A stretch of 63,590 nt of DNA, filler included, from Octopus bimaculoides (Eukaryota): NCBI RefSeq assembly GCF_001194135.2. It is 5 parts of 5 records of this genome, joined end to end, with 100 filler letters (N's around TTAATTAATTAA, not from the genome) between each part and the next. Parts side by side here need not be neighbours in the genome. Positions count along the whole stretch, not along the records: positions 31,985 to 56,944 come from NC_068985.1; positions 57,045 to 61,460 come from NC_068983.1; positions 61,561 to 63,590 come from NW_026385866.1; 2 more parts are not named here. One strand, written 5' to 3'. Positions 50,405-63,105 of the stretch are shown here, piece by piece. Each line of letters opens with the position of its first letter. The first letter of the stretch is position 1. The position numbers and the translations under genes were made by a program. Below the pieces are notes generated by a model. It was not told the origin of the DNA. It ran no database searches and saw only the letters and a list, made by a program, of their open reading frames with translations.

Positions 50405-50760
50405 AAGGTTCCAGTTGATCCAATCAACGGAACAACCTGCTTGTAAAAATTAACGTGCAGGTGGCTGAGCACTCCACAGACAGGTATACCCTATATGTAC
50501 TTCTTGGGGAGATTCAGCATGACACAGAGTGTGACATGGCTGGTCCTTTGAAATACAGGTAGAACAGAAGCAGGAAGAAAGAGTGAGAGAAAATTGTAAT
50601 GAAAGAGTATAGCAGGGTTCGCCACCACATCCTTCCAGAGCCACAAAGAGCTTTAGGTATTTTCGTTCAGTAAACACTCACATCATCAGGTCTGTCTGGG
50701 AATCAAAACCGCAATCCTGCGACCGCGAGTCCGCTGCCTTAACTACTATGCCTCCACATT
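50405..50760 (-). mobile_element. SINE family A (diverged)
   Basis: Antisense match to 501-886. Confidence 0.8.
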
Positions 50761-50899
50761 AATTATAAGTAGATAAACTCAAACTATATACCAAAAATGT
50801 AAAAGATTTTGGTTTCCCTGATCAAAACTACTGGCTTCAAATTTTGGCACAATGCCAGCAATTTTGATAAAGGAGTAAGTTGATTATTAGATCACAGAA

Positions 50900-51370
50900 A
50901 AAGATTATGATTAAAAGATTAAAGTACCCAGGGTTGCTGCATAATTGCAGAATGATAAGACAATGGAAAAGTAAACGAGAAAGTCTCCAAAATGAAAAGG
51001 TAATGGGTAAAGAAGGTGTCTAAAGAAAATCTAACCAGAGATAATGTCACCTGTGGCAATCAATGCCACAGGTGAGATGCTCCACTTTTTTCTTAAATGG
51101 ACAAAGACAGAGCTACAAGATCACAAAGTACCAAAAGCACAAGTTTAGCAGGGCTGGACATGTAACAAAGTTCACAGACTACAAGTGGACTTGTACAGTT
51201 ACCAAGAGATCAGAAAAGGTCACAAGAAAGGCTTCCATGATGATGGGAACATAATTTAGTTAAGCAATTTGGGTCGAGATGAAAAAGAATGGCACATGCA
51301 AAACAGAACTGGAAATGCATTGTGACCAGCGATGTATAACAACATCTGATGATCTGATCGATACTGTGAT
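50900..51370 (+). mobile_element. old RTE-like LINE C-terminal relic
   Basis: KHKFSRAGHVTKFTDYKWT resembles the W-x-W-AGHV-x-R..RWT motif. Confidence 0.4.
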
Positions 51371-51819
51371 ACTTTGATTTTACAAATTACGTTTGATTGC
51401 AGTCTAATGTACTAATTAGTAAGTTTTTTTTTTTCTTTTGAGATATTTGGTGTTGAAAACATCTTCAGAGGAATCTCTTTTCAGTTTAATGCATTACCTT
51501 ACTTTTAGTTTTAGCAATGATTTTACCAGTTCCACCGACCATCACCTACACCTACATTGATACATTGATACATTTATTTATCAACTCTCGAAGAATAAAG
51601 GGCAAATTTGATTCATTTTATTGCATAATCATGAAGATACCATCTGAAAAAATACAAGGTAGATATGACTGCAATGTTTTTTAAGTCTGCCCACTTAGCC
51701 CTGACCAGTGGCTAAAGAACAACTGAGTTTGACTTCATCTGATAAGGTAGCTACTTTCCTTGATTCAGTTAGCATTTTATAACCAACAGACTTACAAACC
51801 AATATACTTCACATCTCCA

Positions 51820-52660
51820 TAGTCATTTTCTAAATTAACAGATCATTTGTTTAAAACCAACAAGTAATTTTCTAAAGTAAAAGATATATTTTTAAAACTA
51901 ACATAGCATTTTTTAAAAACTAGTCAGTATTTAAATTAACAGATCGTTATTTTGAAATAACATATCGTTTTTTTTTGTTTTGTTTTTTTGTTAACCAACA
52001 TGTTTCTTAAACTAATGGGTCAAATTTTAAACCAACAGATTGTTTTAAATCTAGCACATAATTTTCTTAATTTAAAAAAATCTATTCATTAATAAAAAGC
52101 AATCTATTAATGTATTTCCTTTGCTAATGCATTAGTTTTTTCAATCGATGATTTTGCAAATTGACACACCATTTTAACTTACATAACTAACCATTTTAAA
52201 AAAACTAACCAGTAATTTTTTAATAGATCATTTTTTAAACTAACATTTTTAAAAACTAACATAATTTTTTCAAACTGACATATTTCGTAAAACTACTGGA
52301 TCAATATTTTAATTAACAAATCATTTTGCAAATTAGCATATCATTTTGTAAAGTAACCTATTTCTTAAATCAACAGAACAATCTTTAAGCCAACAGATTA
52401 TTTTTATGCTAAAAATATTTTCTTAACTAAAAGATAATTTTTTAAGCATGGTTCTTGAAGCAGCAGAGGACATTTTAATGTTAAGAAGTAATTCTTAAAG
52501 AAACTTATTTTTTAAATTAATAATTAGATTTTAAATTAATATATCAAAAATTTTAAATTAAAATATATTTTCTTGAACCAACAGATTTTTTTTGCTACAG
52601 TAACAGAACATTTTTTTCCCACTTTGAGATCATTTTTCAAAATAGCAGAACTTCTTTTCA
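51820..52660. repeat. degenerate AT-rich ~20-25 bp minisatellite
   Basis: Recurrent TTTTAAA(A/C)(C/T)(T/A)AACAGATCA-like units. Confidence 0.7.
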
Positions 52661-53099
52661 ACAGTGTGATCATTTTGTCAGGAATATCAGAGACAGACAA
52701 CAGAAAATTACATTTTCCCCATCCTTCATGGAAAAATAAAGTATAGTGATTGAAATGTAGATATGATAGTGTTGAAAAAAATGTTTAGTGAACAATTTAG
52801 TGAAAGGACCAATTACATAGAAACTGATGCTTAGTTAAATTAGCAAGATGAGAAAATTGTTCGTGATGTACTCTGGGTGTTTTTCTTGTTTTTGTGTTGT
52901 TTTTCTCTTTTTTCCTTTTTTAAATAAAAACTGACATTTAAATTAGCTAATTCTCTGTGAAGCTGTCATGTAACTCATTAGTTATTATTAACAATGCAAA
53001 AGTCTTATTTGGTGATCACAATTGACAGCAAATGAACATTCTGCCATTTTAGTTAAATACCATCACGACCATCACAACCGTATTCACCATCCCATTTTC

Positions 53100-53490
53100 T
53101 TTCATCATAGCTATCATCATCATCATCATCATCACTATTATTATCCCTATACTTATCATCATTACACTAATCATCATCATCATCATCATCTTAATAATTA
53201 GCATCATCATTATCATCATCATCAAAAACCTTCATTATCATCTTTATTGTTGTCCTCTTTCTATTCTTCGTCTTCGTCAGCAACAGAGTTAACACCTTGC
53301 ATTCTCTGCCTTGTCATCGTAATTATCATCATAAATCATTCTCTCTATCATCATCATCATCATCAACATCTTCGTTGTCATCGTATTTGTCATTGTCATC
53401 ATCATTGTTGTCATCCTCCTACTCCTTCTCATCATCATGATCATCATCATAATCATCATCATAATCATCATCATCATCATCAGCAGCAGC
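53100..53490. repeat. degenerate (CAT)n tract
   Basis: Direct read. Confidence 0.9.
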
Positions 53491-53727
53491 AGCATGCTTA
53501 TTTCCATCAACATCTGTAGTGGAATCAGCTTCCTAACAGCATTTATCCATTGACACATTAGATTAATAGTTAAAGTTGATGGAACCATTAGTGAATAGGG
53601 GTCGGTTGATAAAGATCCACTATGGTCTGTTATATACAAACACCTTCTTTGTCCAAGTTAACTTTGTGGTCAGACAAATGAAAGAAGTCTCTATCATTGA
53701 AATAACAAGTCTTTGCAGACAGTGGAA

Positions 53728-54078
53728 CAAATTTAGGTGCTTTCTGGTTATCTCACCCCCATTAAAGAATTGCCATTAAAAAACTGGGTTATCTCCCCAC
53801 TAAACAATTGAGTTTATGTGGCGACAAGAGACTGAATTAAAAGAGTTAGTTCCTTTTAATTCGATACTTCAACACATTGTTGGCGTTTGGCCACCTAAAT
53901 AAGTTTGGTATGATTTTTTACAAAAATATTATCAAATTCAATAAGATGTTTAATCTTTTCGCTTTCCATGTTTATTTTTGTTTGTTTGTTTTATTGAGGC
54001 TTAAATAACTTTTTTAATTGGGGGGGGGATAACCCAGTTTTTTAATGGGGGTGAAATAACTAAAAAGTACCCAAATAT
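53728..54078. mobile_element. foldback MITE-like element
   Basis: TTATCTCACCCCCATTAAA..AAACTGGGTTATCTCCCC mirrored by GGGGATAACCCAGTTTTTTAATGGGGGTGAAATAA. Confidence 0.7.
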
Positions 54079-55147
54079 TCTTTATTTTTTTTACTTCCAA
54101 ATTGAGAAAAATATCATTATGATATTCATAAAAAGTCAGAAGTGTATTAATATCATTAGATGGTGAAACCATTTGTGTTTCAGAAAAAAAAGGCTTAACT
54201 TTCTGCTTCTTTAAGTTCTGGGTTCAAATTTTACCAAGGTTGACTTTGCTGTTCATTCTTTTGGGATTGATAAAATAAGCACCGCATGAACACTGGGGTC
54301 AACATAATCATCTTACCCCCTCCATTAAACTGTTGGTCTCGTTCCAAAATTTGAAATCATTATTATTATCCGACTTGACTTGGGTTTGGTCTAATTCCTG
54401 GTAAAATTTACAGACACTCTCCTCATAGTCCACAGTCTTGCAATTTCGTCTTTTAGTAGTCTGTACTTTGAAATCTTTTCTAGTTCTTGTCACTTATGCA
54501 TGCATCTCCAGGTATTGCAATATCTGTAATCTTGGTTTCCTTTTTTTTCTTTTATCTACCACAACAATATCTGATAATATTTAATCCTAAAAATATTATG
54601 GGAGCTTTTAGACATCGGATAGCTATGATGATTCCACCACCATGAGTAAAATAGGAATCAAAGGGGTCTACAGGTAAAAAATGGTTAAGAAACTGATTTT
54701 GAGCCTTTTTCTGTGTTATTTCTTTACTACCCACAAGTGGTTATACACAGAGGGGACAAACAAGGACAGACAAATGGATCAAGTTGATTAGATTGACCTC
54801 AGTGCATAACTGGTACTTATTTAATCGACCCCGAAAGGAGGAAATCCATAACCAGTGAACATATCCTGTACCAGGAGAGGACATAGAAGTATTTTTTCAA
54901 GTCATACCCTTAGGGTAGATTACTAACCAAGGCTGAAGAACTTGTAGCAGTCCATTAAATAAATTATCATGAACATATTCTGGTGTTGATCCCTAAATTG
55001 ACCTTTGACCAATCTGGTTTTTGTGCTGTTTTTTATTGCATGCTTTCAGTGCATGCTAACACAATTCTGTGGATGTCTTTGATAGATGAAGGACCGAGGA
55101 GTTGCATTTTCTGGAGTCCTGGTTCATTCCTTTTGGCTAACAAGAAC

Positions 55148-55478
55148 TATTACCTCCAGCTTCGCTAAGGCAGAGATATTGTCTTCAGTCAAGTTGCTGA
55201 ATGGATTCAAATGGAACTTTCAGGAACACTCAGCCTCATGACTGGCACGAAGTGGTTAGATTTTGGGATTGATCCAGTACACGACAAGGATTCTGGATTA
55301 TTTTACCTGTTTTTTTACTTAATTTTTGAGAGCAGTTGGGTTCATATTTGTATTCTCGTTTGTGAGAGGAGTCAAGTTTATTTCAGATTTTCTCATTTTA
55401 AAAATCATGTCCATCTAATCATTGAGAGGACGTTGGTGTTGCCTTGGTGGAGGTTTGCCCTCTTTGGGCACTCTTGTT
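55148..55478 (+). mobile_element. possible Helentron-associated (HINE/DINE-1-like) non-autonomous element
   Basis: 5' TATTACCTCCA sub-TIR, 3' TGGAGGT followed by TGCCC..GGGCA hairpin and T-run. Confidence 0.45.
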
Positions 55479-56368
55479 TTTATAATTATTGATGTTTTCC
55501 ATTTTATTCCTAGTCTAATTTTCAATTCCAACATAGGAAGTCAACTCAGGTTCTGAGAAATGAATATAAAACCTAAATGATACCTTTATAAACTGGTCTA
55601 ATTAAACAGTTTCTCCATAGATTGGAAAAAACTTAATCAATTTTCAAATAATATTGCATTCCCATCAGAGGCATCCTCATCAATTTGACCAATCTTAGAG
55701 AGATGAGCAGCCAATCCATTTATATACTCAACAATTACAGTAGTTACAGAAAACTGGAGCTGCTAATTTGCATACAGAAAGTGTTAACACTTTTTAAAAA
55801 AATATCTGAGGCTTGTCAACAGGGGTTTCAGTGCACACAGTTTCAATGTATGATATTAAATGTGTAACCTCTGTAAAAAAGGACTAATTAAGCTGTTTCC
55901 CTGTAAACTGGAAAAAACAGGAATAACCTGGACTCAGTAATTCAGTGATACTCATAGCTTTTGAATTCCCAGCTTCATTACCCTTGAATATTATTATGAC
56001 TAGAGGTGAAAGCAACGTCTGATGGCAAAGTGAGCAACACAAATCTCTGTGATTTATTTATTAAGTACCTGTAATTCATTGGTGACTACAATCTCCATCA
56101 CTCGTCCATGATAATTGGCTTCATGTTCAATCAAAAGAAATCAATATATTGGAATAGATTTTTGATTCATTTTTACCAAAGTACTTCATTGTCTGGTTTA
56201 ATTCTGGTGCTTTTTGGTTTTTCTTTGTATCATTATGTTTCTAAACTTTTGAATCTATTTTTATTGTATTTCGTATTATTATTATATATTACAGTATTCA
56301 ATAGAACCATTTATCATTTTGGTGATAAACGATAAATTTAATGATATATTTTGTTTCTTTTGTAACAG

Positions 56369-56463
56369 ACATTTATCTGGCTTCTCTAAAATATGGTTAT
56401 GTATCCATGTGTTAGAACAGACAACTTCCAAGCAAACTGAATCTCTCATCTATGGAAATTTTG
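56369..56463 (+). CDS. candidate internal exon (HLSGFSKIWLCIHVLEQTTSKQTESLIYGNF)
   Basis: TTTGTTTCTTTTGTAACAG acceptor, GTTAGT donor, phase-compatible with 44982-45149. Confidence 0.45.
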
Positions 56464-56613
56464 GTTAGTTTAATAATAACATGAGGTTAGTAGAATGCAA
56501 AATATCACAGAAGTGCAGGAATGAAATTTGCTCTGGGGTTGCAAATCCAGGTCCAAATTTTTTTAGAAACAAGATTGAGTTTTTTCAATCTTTAATATCA
56601 AAACAAATGCAGG

Positions 56614-56615
<2 letters not shown>

Positions 56616-56681
<66 letters not shown>
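56616..56681. repeat. (TAA)22 microsatellite
   Basis: Direct read. Confidence 0.95.
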
Positions 56682-56683
<2 letters not shown>

Positions 56684-56944
56684 GAATTGCTAAATAGAAC
56701 TGGATGCGGTTACAAATGCTATGGAAAAACAGTCAGCCACCTTCTATATATGGATGACCTAAAATTATATGCAAAAAACGACAAAGAGCTAGAAACACTA
56801 CTACAGACAGTACACGGCTTTACCAAGGAAATAGAAATGAAATTCGGATTAGAAAAATGTGCCAAAGCAACCCTGAAAAGAGGAAAATTAGTTAAAAGTA
56901 GCAATATAACACTAGATAAAGCCAATGAAATAAGAGAACTAGAC
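56682..56944 (+). mobile_element. R4/Dong-like non-LTR RT fragment, 5'-truncated
   Basis: VSHLLYMDDLKLYAKN..MKFGLEKCAKATLKRGK, uninterrupted up to the gap. Confidence 0.85.
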
Positions 56945-57044
56945 NNNNNNNNNNNNNNNNNNNNNNNNNNNNNNNNNNNNNNNNNNNNTTAATTAATTAA
57001 NNNNNNNNNNNNNNNNNNNNNNNNNNNNNNNNNNNNNNNNNNNN

Positions 57045-57265
57045 ACACCATTTCGAGCGTGGCCGTTTTCGTGCGGGTGACACGTAAAAGCACCCACTAC
57101 ACTCTCTGAGTGGTTGGCGTTAGGAAGGGCATCCAGCTGTAGAAACTCTGCCAAATCAGACTGGAGCCTGGTGTTGCCATCCGGTTTCACCAGTCCTCAG
57201 TCAAATCGTCCAACCCATGCTAGCATGGAAAGCGGACGTTAAACGATGATGATGATGATGATGAT
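57045..57265 (+). mobile_element. young RTE 3' tail copy
   Basis: Apparently the exact reverse complement of 61230-61448. Confidence 0.9.
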
Positions 57266-57279
57266 ATATATATATATAT

Positions 57280-57750
57280 AACCTCACAGAGGCAAAGTGG
57301 TTGAGCTTCTTTCAAATGTTGGGCCTCACAGAGGCAATAACCAAGACATTTTTGGCATTATGTTGTGCTTAAGAAGACCCATCAAGCCAAGTCAAATCGT
57401 AGTCATGACAGATACCAGTGTCATGCGAATGGCACCCATACCAGTGGCATATAAAAGTACCTTTTGAGCATTGGGCCTCACGGAGGTAAGGACTGAGTTC
57501 ATTTGGCATTATGCTGTGCTTGAGAAGACAACCCATCAAGCCAAGTAAAACCACAAATGGCACCCATGCCAGTGGCACGTAAAAGCATCCATTACGCTTT
57601 TGGAGTAGTTGGCATTAGGAAGGGCATCCAGCAGTAGAAAACCATGTCAAAACTGACTGGAGTCTGGGGCTGCCTTTCAGTTTGCTAGCCCTGGTCAAAC
57701 AGTCCAACCCATGCCAGTATGGACAATGGACGTTAAATAATGATGATGAA
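57280..57750 (+). mobile_element. older RTE-related 3' end
   Basis: Repeated GGCATTATGCTGTGCTTGAGAAGAC..CAAGCCAAGT blocks and the shared tail. Confidence 0.75.
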
Positions 57751-58008
57751 TATGAGAGGTTTAGTTCACTGATGATCTAAACCAATAGGTATGCTGTGTA
57801 AGTGTTATAATTGGTCATCTGTTAGGCTCCAAGGTCACAGCTGAGGCTGGAGCTAGGGATCTGTAGTAGGCTTCCGATTTAGCAGGAGAAGGAAAACAAA
57901 ACCAAGGCAGGACGAGTGTCTCAGGTCATTTAGAATATTTAATTAGAGTAAGGTGAATCCTTTTTTGATTCACCTTATTCTAATTAAATATTCTAAATGA
58001 CCTGAGAT

Positions 58009-58078
<70 letters not shown>

Positions 58079-59647
58079 AATACACATATATATAGATATA
58101 TATATATATTTATTTACTATTTCTTTATAATTATATAAATGGTCTTGCTTCCTTTTTGTTTCATCCACACTATGTGAGTTTTGTTTGTTTCACATAAATA
58201 AATTGGATGGGATTCAAATTAACATTTGAGATTTATGAATATTCAGTGAGGAGTGAATTTGTATAAATGTGTGAGAACTGTCATTTGGGACCAGTTTATA
58301 TATCTGTTCCCATCCTAGACAGTAAATTCTTTCGTTTATAATATTTCTTTTTCTTTCATATTGTAATTAGTAAGTAATAATGACTTCAGTTACAGGTTTC
58401 CACTTGGCCAGTCCGTGGTTCACTGTATTTCTGATATGAGAGTGACAAGAGAATGTTTGTTAATTAGTGTAGAGCAAATATCACAAACACCTTTCCTTGA
58501 AGAGTACCAGACTCTTTGCTTTATTTTCTTATCAATGTTCTCTCACACATGCACATACACACATTGGTGATAAACTCACACCTTCACACACACATACACA
58601 CACATTTGATAGGCATCAGTACAGTTTCTGTTTACTGAATTTTATTCATGAGGTATTGACTAGCCTAAGACTATAACAGAAGACCCAAGGTGCCATGCTG
58701 TGGAATTAAGCTTTGAACCATGTGGTTGCAAAGCAAACTTCTTATGCATGTGGGCCATGCTTGTGCTTATTTTTGTATATTATTTGTCCATTTTGTTTAA
58801 CATCGATTTATCCATGTTAGCATGCCATAGATGGGAATAGGTTTGGAAAGATGGGAATTTTTCCAGCTGGACACACTTGTTGCCATCTCTTACCTGTAAG
58901 GGATTTTTTTTATTCCCAGAGAATCTGAAAGCTCAGCGCAAATGTATGATTTGTTGACATTTCCTGTTAAGAAGTTTCACCAGTAGTTGCCTAAATGTAA
59001 ACGGTGACATCACAGTTTGTAGCTGACTTCCAAACATTGATGTCAGTTCAGCATAGTTTTGTAAACATTCACACAGACGTGCACACACGAACTCATTACT
59101 GTTAGTAAGAATATCCAGCCATAAATTGTACCAAAGCAATTTTCCAGTTCGTTGGGTCCTGTTGAACTGTCGAACCCATACTAGTATGGAAGATGGATGT
59201 TAAATGATGTTGATGATGACAAACTTCCTTTCAATTTCCATCCACCAAAATGTAGAGACTGCAAAGGTTAATGGTGCTGTCCTTCTCTCTGTTTATTTCA
59301 TAGAATACTAACAGTTCGTTGATTAATCGAGACCATTTCAAGTATATAAACCATTATAATTTGTCAATAGGTATAGTATATGTAAAATATCAACTGTTAG
59401 AATACATGTAATATATTTTACTTGGAATAAATGTTGTTTGCAAGGATGTCTTAGTGCCATCTCAGTGCTTTCATATTGACAGACATAATGCATAGAATTT
59501 TTAGAGAAATTTTAATTTTCCTACTATTAATATTGACATTTGAAGTGTAAAGTTGAGGCTTTCATTGCTCAGGGTTGGCCTTGTATCTGCACAATGGTTG
59601 CAGGCCTATGCAAAGTTTATGTTTGGAAACAACTATTGTTCATGCAG

Positions 59648-59682
59648 AAGGTCTGCTTTCTCCAAACCAGGATGTTGTCCAA
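59648..59682 (+). CDS. candidate micro-exon (EGLLSPNQDVVQ)
   Basis: TTCATGCAG acceptor, GTGAAT donor; chosen because it bridges the phases of the 56369 and 60609 exons. Confidence 0.25.
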
Positions 59683-60013
59683 GTGAATGGCAGGGAATAA
59701 ACTCATCTGGTACAAATATTACATAACATTTTGTCCAAAACTCTGCCAGATCCATTGCTCTGGATTAGTTCTTTGTTTAAGTGTGTGGTTACAGCTAAGA
59801 ATCAAAATTGGGCAAACTACTTGGCTTACCAGGAGAACACCTCTTCTCTGAAGTACTTGACTATAATGGAAGTCTACATCTGCTCTGTAATAACTTGTAG
59901 GAATATTTGGGCCTGCCATTCTGAACTAACAAAACAGATGTCAATTATACAGTGTCATTTCTGTTTACATTCATGGGGAATCATAACTATTATAAACTGG
60001 GTGCTGTCTATGT

Positions 60014-60535
60014 CAGGGGTGGGGAAACTTTTTAGTGCGGTGGGCAAGAATTTACAAAGAAAAAAGGTCTGCAGGCAGATCACAAGTTCTAATTCTTATA
60101 TCTGTGTAGATCTTGTATATATATATCTATGTATAATTTGATATACATTAATAAAGATAAGTTTAACACATTAAATTATTGTGTAGCATCTTCATTAATG
60201 CCGTCACTTAATTTAGGAGATTCATATTACTTATGAGGTTTCTATATTTTTCAGCAAGAGTGTAGTTGGGTCTCAAGGGGGTGGTACAAATCTAGCAATA
60301 TGTGTTTTATAGTGTAAACAAAATTTCAATTCAGATGGCAATTACTGGACGATTTTCTGTTTGAGTCTAACTGTTTCAAGTCGTAGTGGAAATGTGACCT
60401 ATGTCGCAAATAGGCATACAAATATTGTTGAAAAATTTACTATATTTTATACATACCAGTATATCAACCTGCGGGCAAAATAAAATGGGCTTGTGGGCGC
60501 AATTGTGCCCACAGGCTGGGGTTTCCCCACTCCTG
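60014..60535. mobile_element. hAT (Charlie-like) MITE
   Basis: TIR CAGGGGTGGGGAAAC / GTTTCCCCACTCCTG; perfect 8-bp TSD GTCTATGT (60006-60013, 60536-60543). Confidence 0.9.
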
Positions 60536-60608
60536 GTCTATGTGTTGAGTTATTACTACTTTAATTCATCATAATAAATTTGTGAAAACACTTGGTTGTT
60601 TGTTGTAG

Positions 60609-60725
60609 GGAAAGATGGTGTCTAAAACATTCAACTTCATCCAGCGGGGTAATCGAAACAGCTTCTATGTGCTGGATAAAAAACATTGGTGGAATACCCG
60701 ACGTAAACTTGACAAAAATATGGAG
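60609..60725 (+). CDS. candidate internal exon (frame 0: GKMVSKTFNFIQRGNRNSFYVLDKKHWWNTRRKLDKNME)
   Basis: TTTGTTGTAG acceptor, GAG/GTAAGA donor, 117 nt; two frames are open, so the peptide is uncertain. Confidence 0.55.
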
Positions 60726-61229
60726 GTAAGAACTTAATTTTCTGATACCTCTGCTCCTTTTTTTTGTCATCACTTTTAAATTTAGTATATTTCTTTGTGT
60801 TATTGACAACAAAAAGAATATATTTAAGTATTTTTCATTCTGTCATGCTTGTATAAACAAAGTCTTCCTTTTTCTCATGTTTATAGCTGTGTTCTATGTT
60901 GAGTTTAGTTACAAACAGTTTTCTTTTTATTTGCAATAACATTTTTAAAAACAGTTTTAGATATGATTGAAGACAACCCATGAGTTATGGTTTCTCTCTA
61001 CTCTTGATCTTGGTGGGACGGGAGTGCTTATGACCTACAAACAGGTCATAAACACTACCCTTCCTCTGACTAAGCTTTATATAAAAAAAAATACTAAAAC
61101 TCAAACTGTTCTTCAGTTTTCAGTCATTTCTGTTCCACACTAAGAAAGCAAAATGTATAATGATAAGTGAAGATGCCTTCATTTTTGCTTTATTTTATCT
61201 CTTCAATTCTATTTCTCTCTTCTCTTGTT

Positions 61230-61460
61230 CATCATCATCATCATCATCGTTTAACGTCCGCTTTCCATGCTAGCATGGGTTGGACGATTTGACTGAGGAC
61301 TGGTGAAACCGGATGGCAACACCAGGCTCCAGTCTGATTTGGCAGAGTTTCTACAGCTGGATGCCCTTCCTAACGCCAACCACTCAGAGAGTGTAGTGGG
61401 TGCTTTTACGTGTCACCCGCACGAAAACGGCCACGCTCGAAATGGTGTCTTTTATGTGCC
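61230..61460 (-). mobile_element. young RTE 3' tail copy
   Basis: Reverse complement of 57045-57263. Confidence 0.9.
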
Positions 61461-62927
61461 NNNNNNNNNNNNNNNNNNNNNNNNNNNNNNNNNNNNNNNN
61501 NNNNTTAATTAATTAANNNNNNNNNNNNNNNNNNNNNNNNNNNNNNNNNNNNNNNNNNNNCAACTGGAACCCTCGACGTCGTAAGCGACGGAGTGCCAAC
61601 AACACAATATATGACGATGAAGCCATGGTTGCATCTCGCTTGTTCACGTACCTGCTAGAACAGGGCTGACTCGGGGTTAAACACCACCATTAACAATAAC
61701 AAAAGCTAAAACAACAAGATGTATAGTAGTTGAAATAATATCTAATATATTTAATGAAGTAGAATATAATTAGACAGACATCCATGTGTGTGTGCCCGCG
61801 TGTGTGCATGTGCGCGTGTGTGCATGTGCGCGTATGTGCGAGTATGTGCGTGTGTGTGTGTGCGTGTGTGTGTGCGTGTTATTTCTGCTAATCACATTGT
61901 TTTGGTAGAGTTTGTAGGAAGTGACGATAACTTCGTGGGAGATTATATAAAACTAATGAAAGAAAAGCAATAGTTTGTTACAACCAGGTGTTTATATAGA
62001 GGGCTGTATGCATATATACATACATACATACATATATATATNNNNNNNNNNNNNNNNNNNNNNNNNNNNNNNNNNNNNNNNNNNNNNNNNNNNNNNNNNN
62101 NNNNNNNNNNNNNNNNNNNNNNNNNNNNNNNNNNNNNNNNNNNNNNNNNNNNNNNNNNNNNNNNNNNNNNNNNNNNNNNNNNNNNNNNNNNNNNNNNNNN
62201 NNNNNNNNNNNNNNNNNNNNNNNNNNNNNNNNNNNNNNNNNNNNNNNNNNNNNNNNNNNNNNNNNNNNNNNNNNNNNNNNNNNNNNNNNNNNNNNNNNNN
62301 NNNNNNNNNNNNNNNNNNNNNNNNNNNNNNNNNNNNNNNNNNNNNNNNNNNNNNNNNNNNNNNNNNNNNNNNNNNNNNNNNNNNNNNNNNNNNNNNNNNN
62401 NNNNNNNNNNNNNNNNNNNNNNNNNNNNNNNNNNNNNNNNNNNNNNNNNNNNNNNNNNNNNNNNNNNNNNNNNNNNNNNNNNNNNNNNNNNNNNNNNNNN
62501 NNNNNNNNNNNNNNNNNNNNNNNNNNNNNNNNNNNNNNNNNNNNNNNNNNNNNNNNNNNNNNNNNNNNNNNNNNNNNNNNNNNNNNNNNNNNNNNNNNNN
62601 NNNNNNNNNNNNNNNNNNNNNNNNNNNNNNNNNNNNNNNNNNNNNNNNNNNNNNNNNNNNNNNNNNNNNNNNNNNNNNNNNNNNNNNNNNNNNNNNNNNN
62701 NNNNNNNNNNNNNNNNNNNNNNNNNNNNNNNNNNNNNNNNNNNNNNNNNNNNNNNNNNNNNNNNNNNNNNNNNNNNNNNNNNNNNNNNNNNNNNNNNNNN
62801 NNNNNNNNNNNNNNNNNNNNNNNNNNNNNNNNNNNNNNNNNNNTATATATATCCCTACGTACATAAATGTAGACATACATACACGTATATATGTCTACAT
62901 ACGTATGCATGCACATGTACGTAAATG

Positions 62928-63105
62928 TTGTTGTTGTTGGCACTTCGTCGCTTACAACGTCGAGGGTTCCAGTTGATCCGATCAACGGAACAGCCTGATC
63001 GTGAAATTAACGTGCAAGTGGCTGAGCACTCCACAGTCACGTGTACCCTTAACGTAGTTCTTGGGGAGATTCAGCGTGACACAGGGTCCTAACCACTGGG
63101 CCATT
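62928..63105 (-). mobile_element. SINE family A, internally deleted
   Basis: Tail joined directly to the 5' head end (..CGTGACACAG|GGTCCTAACCACTGGGCCATTG). Confidence 0.8.

Noticed and set aside
59830-59920. Minus-strand exon-like segment (MAGPNIPTSYYRADVDFHYSQVLQRRGVLL; TTCAG/GTAAGC)
   Set aside because: Good signals but no partner exons or homology found, and it lies antisense to the better-supported + chain; not excluded.
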